Shown here: one piece after another, positions 1-1,739 of the stretch
How the letters are laid out: the number at the start of each line of letters is the position of its first letter
How positions within the stretch are numbered: position 1 is the stretch's first letter
DNA from: Naegleria gruberi
Taxonomy: Eukaryota
DNA length: 1,739 bases
Assembly (NCBI GenBank): GCA_000004985.1
Contig: GG739334.1
Strand: one strand, 5' to 3'
Notes under the pieces: model-generated
What the model was told of the DNA's origin: nothing
Databases searched by the model: none
What the model saw: the letters and a program-made list of their open reading frames with translations, nothing else
Program-made: the position numbers and the translations under genes

Positions 1-959
1 GCTCCGTGAGCTAATAATTCTTCATCAATAATGATATTAATGTCAGTACAGAACGAGACTGGAGGTTTTCCTGACAAGAAAAATTCAATTATTTCTTCCA
101 AAGTTTTATCATATGAATGGAGAGCATATGATAAAACCTTTCCTTTTCTTGGCGTTTTAGCATCTTTCAACTTGTGCCAATTCTCATCGAGGACATTAGT
201 CTTCTTTATCATTTCCTTTGCCTTTGTGGATCTCAACAAGGAAGAAGTGTGTGCAGTGAGGATAGCCTCAGTAATCTTTTGTAAAAACAACAGATTTTGC
301 ACATCTGGAGGAGTGCTGGTATTTTGACTAATAATACCTTTCAGTAAGGTAATGGAAACTTTTGGTTCCATATTTGGAGCATTGAAAGAATCCATTTTAG
401 TCTTGAAATAGTTTGTCATCTTGGTTGTACAGTTATGGATTTCCATGAAAAAGTAATCAATTTTTTTTGTAACAAGTTTTTCCATCAAATCGATAACTGG
501 TTTCTCTGGTGCGTTTAAGAAGTTATCATCCGAATTAGCAAGGGAATGCATAAATGAACCATGACCAGGAGCATCAGCAATATGGATTAACACTCTGGTA
601 AAGCTATTCCAGTCTAAATCGACAACTTTTTGCAATCCTCCGGCTACATCTTCAGCAATATCATATCCATACATAAGTGGACAATCTGCAATCGCTTTCT
701 CGATAACTTCCACTTGGTCAGTGAATGGATGAATAACAAATGGTACCTTATCATCAATATCAGCATAACCTACAAAGGCGTAACGAATAGTTTTCACCTC
801 TTGATTTTTGGAAGCAACTTCTTTTAAAACCTTTGAAATAACAGACTTGGCAGAATCCATCCATGTCTTCATAGAACTAGTAATATCTAACAAGAAGCAC
901 AAATCAATGTACTGAGGGTTGCGAGCTTGAATTTCTCGCATTTGCTTAACTGAAATCAT
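1..959 (-). CDS. 5' part of a vWA-domain protein. ATG at 959..957, and the frame stays open to position 1, so the 3' end lies outside the window. The vWA domain spans roughly 908..434 and carries a MIDAS-like D-x-T-x-S motif.
   Basis: Translating the reverse complement from 959 by hand gives an uninterrupted frame of 319 codons plus 2 nt. An in-frame TAA sits two codons upstream (968..966). The translation begins MISVKQMREIQARNPQYIDLCFLLDITSSMKTWMDSAKSVISKVLKEV...IRYAFVGYADIDD...GYDIAEDVAGGLQKV...RVLIHIADAPGHG. This follows the vWA beta1 / beta2 / (GGT-like loop) / beta4-TDG layout: DITSS at 887..873, GYD around 665..657, IADAP around 581..567. The track omits it because there is no stop codon inside the window. 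Codon use is biased and consistent (CCA, GCT, GGA/GGT, AGA). Confidence 0.8.
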   Translation of the reverse strand, partial: MISVKQMREIQARNPQYIDLCFLLDITSSMKTWMDSAKSVISKVLKEVASKNQEVKTIRYAFVGYADIDDKVPFVIHPFTDQVEVIEKAIADCPLMYGYDIAEDVAGGLQKVVDLDWNSFTRVLIHIADAPGHGSFMHSLANSDDNFLNAPEKPVIDLMEKLVTKKIDYFFMEIHNCTTKMTNYFKTKMDSFNAPNMEPKVSITLLKGIISQNTSTPPDVQNLLFLQKITEAILTAHTSSLLRSTKAKEMIKKTNVLDENWHKLKDAKTPRKGKVLSYALHSYDKTLEEIIEFFLSGKPPVSFCTDINIIIDEELLAHG

Positions 960-1024
960 GATGGATTATTTTTTTTAAAGTTGTCAAAGTACTTGATACG
1001 AATGCTGGGCATAAAGTTGGGCGA

Positions 1025-1047
1025 AACGTGATAGACAACGTGAATAG
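1025..1047. repeat. Tandem direct repeat AACGTGA-(A)TAG with 12-bp period: 1025..1034 and 1037..1047.
   Basis: gcgAAACGTGATAGacAACGTGAATAGtga. The heptamer AACGTGA is exact at 1025..1031 and 1037..1043, and each copy is followed by TAG. Each carries an ACGT core. Confidence 0.45.
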
Positions 1048-1059
1048 TGAAGTTTCAAG

Positions 1060-1128
1060 TTGTCAAGAATTAAGCGTTATGACCTGCATAGGAGTGATGT
1101 GATGATATGTTGGTGGAATTGTCAAGAA
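1060..1128. repeat. Exact 10-mer TTGTCAAGAA repeated at 1060..1069 and 1119..1128 (59 bp apart). A third variant copy TTGTCAAAG lies at 981..989.
   Basis: Read directly: caagTTGTCAAGAAttaag, ggaaTTGTCAAGAAgtcac and aaagTTGTCAAAGtactt. The reverse complement is TTCTTGACAA, which contains TTGAC(A). Three copies within about 150 bp of intergenic DNA suggest a repeated transcription-factor binding site. Confidence 0.5.
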
Positions 1129-1129
1129 G

Positions 1130-1163
1130 TCACGTTTTCAACCAAAAAATAGTCATCACGTTT
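1130..1163. repeat. Direct repeat TCACGTTT at 1130..1137 and 1156..1163, placed 53 and 27 bp upstream of the plus-gene ATG.
   Basis: agTCACGTTTtcaacc and caTCACGTTTgatta. Both contain an ACGT core. They lie in the proximal promoter of the plus-strand gene. Confidence 0.45.
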
Positions 1164-1182
1164 GATTACATCAGCAAGAAAA

Positions 1183-1739
1183 ATGACATCACGTACTCCT
1201 AGCAAAGTTCACTTGCTTGTCACATTGGAATGCTCATTCCTTCACAGTAACAAACTTGGAGAGACTGATAACACTATTTTGCACACGATTTTTGATTATC
1301 TTGCTAATTTCTGTGGCAAGTATTTAGTTAAAACTGAGAATTTGACTCTATGTTTGTTGAATAGTAAAGGAAACACGTGTACGAAACACGAATTTACAGG
1401 TAACAGAAAGTTTGAAGAACCTTTCAAACACTTAATACAGCAGTGTGATTTTGCAACCGAAACCAAGCCATTTTCGTTATTTGATATGTTCCAAACATGT
1501 CATACAATCTCATCAAAGGAAGTGGACACCCAAATGGTTGCAATTATGTTTTGTTCTTCTATCAGCTATGTACCATTGGATGGAGGTGAATTGATCTTTC
1601 TTCAAAATTTGAGAGAAAATTCTGTTAAAGTCAGTGTAATTGATTTTGATGTTGGTCAGAGTAAGGAACAGATCTACATTGATTGTATCAATTTGGGAAT
1701 AACCTATTATCAAACCCCAAATTTGAAATATCATCTTCT
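1183..1739 (+). CDS. 5' part of a protein with a degenerate vWA-like (Rossmann-like beta-alpha-beta) fold. It may belong to the TFIIH p34/Tfb4 family. The first ATG after an in-frame TAG (1150..1152) is at 1183, and the frame stays open to the window end.
   Basis: Codon-by-codon translation from 1183 gives 185 codons with no stop: MTSRTPSKVHLLVTLECSFLHSNKLGETDNTILHTIFDYLANFCGKYLVKTENLTLCLLNSKG...MVAIMFCSSISYVPLDGGELIFLQNLRENSVKVSVIDFDVGQSKEQIYIDCINLGITYYQTPN. The start context agaaaaATG is A-rich and Kozak-like, and there is no Shine-Dalgarno sequence. It has the same codon bias as the minus-strand gene (TTG/CTT Leu, CCA Pro, GGA/GGT Gly). Three stretches pattern-match my recollection of human p34: HLLVTLE (vs LLVIVVD), YLANFCGKYLVKTENLTLCLLNS (vs [20 protein letters not shown]) and IFLQNLRENSVKVSVIDFDVGQS...DCINLGITYYQTP (vs [20 protein letters not shown]...ACDITGGLYLKVP). 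This is a loose match from memory, not an alignment. Confidence 0.7.
   Translation, partial: MTSRTPSKVHLLVTLECSFLHSNKLGETDNTILHTIFDYLANFCGKYLVKTENLTLCLLNSKGNTCTKHEFTGNRKFEEPFKHLIQQCDFATETKPFSLFDMFQTCHTISSKEVDTQMVAIMFCSSISYVPLDGGELIFLQNLRENSVKVSVIDFDVGQSKEQIYIDCINLGITYYQTPNLKYHL

Larger units (their letters stand above)
960..1182. promoter_or_regulatory. Divergent (bidirectional) intergenic promoter region between the two head-to-head genes.
   Basis: A 223-bp non-coding gap is flanked by two outward-pointing start codons. It contains three families of short direct repeats and four ACGT cores. A T8 tract (969..976) lies immediately 5' of the minus-gene ATG. Confidence 0.5.

Noticed and set aside
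31-327. 98-aa plus-strand ORF from the supplied track
   Set aside because: It lies entirely antisense to the 319-codon vWA frame on the minus strand. It is a low-complexity, Phe/Leu/Ser-rich shadow ORF typical of the antisense of AT-rich coding DNA, and has no start context.
630-827. 65-aa plus-strand ORF from the supplied track
   Set aside because: Same reason: it is a shadow ORF inside the minus-strand vWA coding region, and its translation has no domain-like features.
981-987. Reading the TTGACA on the minus strand (reverse complement of TTGTCAA) as a bacterial sigma70 -35 box for the minus-strand gene
   Set aside because: No acceptable -10 hexamer at 16-19 bp spacing. The ATG would be only about 22 nt downstream, with no ribosome-binding site. 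Codon usage and start contexts do not look bacterial.
1070-1074. TTAAG, a baculovirus-type late promoter core
   Set aside because: A 5-mer expected by chance in AT-rich DNA. It is 110 bp from the ATG, and nothing else suggests a baculovirus origin.
1095-1115. GTGATGTGATGATATG short TGATG-type iterations
   Set aside because: Too short and irregular to call a microsatellite or binding-site array, and not repeated elsewhere in the window.
1371-1390. CACGTG E-box palindrome and duplicated AAACACG (1371..1377, 1384..1390)
   Set aside because: It lies within coding sequence (N-T-C-T-K-H-E). It likely reflects the repeated Thr/Cys/His codons, not regulation.
1410-1429. Imperfect hairpin GTTTGAA-gaacct-TTCAAAC (7-bp stem, 6-nt loop)
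   Set aside because: It is short, AT-rich and inside the plus-strand coding frame, and no T-tract or other terminator context follows. It most likely reflects codon sequence, not a structural element.
1513-1734. 73-aa minus-strand ORF from the supplied track
   Set aside because: It is antisense to the long plus-strand frame 1183..1739 that shares the strong codon bias of the other gene. It is most likely a shadow ORF.
1-1739. Search for tRNA/rRNA, CRISPR repeats, terminal inverted repeats or transposase or integrase signatures
   Set aside because: No regularly spaced repeats of 20 bp or longer, no cloverleaf-compatible segments, and no inverted terminal repeats. Both long frames encode vWA-type proteins, not mobile-element enzymes.

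Overview
The window holds two head-to-head, AT-rich (about 36% GC) protein-coding genes separated by a repeat-rich 223-bp intergenic region that is probably a shared divergent promoter. Both genes run off the window edges, which is presumably why the ORF track, apparently listing only complete ATG-to-stop ORFs, missed them. (1) On the minus strand, 959..1 is one open frame of 319 codons encoding a von Willebrand factor A (vWA) domain protein. Its metal-ion-dependent adhesion site (MIDAS) is recognisable but non-canonical. (2) On the plus strand, 1183..1739 is one open frame of 185 codons encoding a protein with the beta-alpha-beta pattern of a degenerate vWA-like fold. It may be a TFIIH p34/Tfb4-family protein; this call is tentative. 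Neither gene has a Shine-Dalgarno sequence. The plus gene has an A-rich Kozak-like context (AAAAATG). Codon choices (CCA, GGA, AGA/CGT, TTG/CTT) look eukaryotic and perhaps nematode-like rather than bacterial, but the taxonomic origin is uncertain. The three ORFs in the supplied track lie antisense to these long frames and are shadow ORFs. The intergenic region carries three small repeat families (TTGTCAAGAA x2 plus a variant, AACGTGA-N-TAG x2 in tandem, and TCACGTTT x2) that look like transcription-factor sites. There are no RNA genes, CRISPR arrays or mobile elements.
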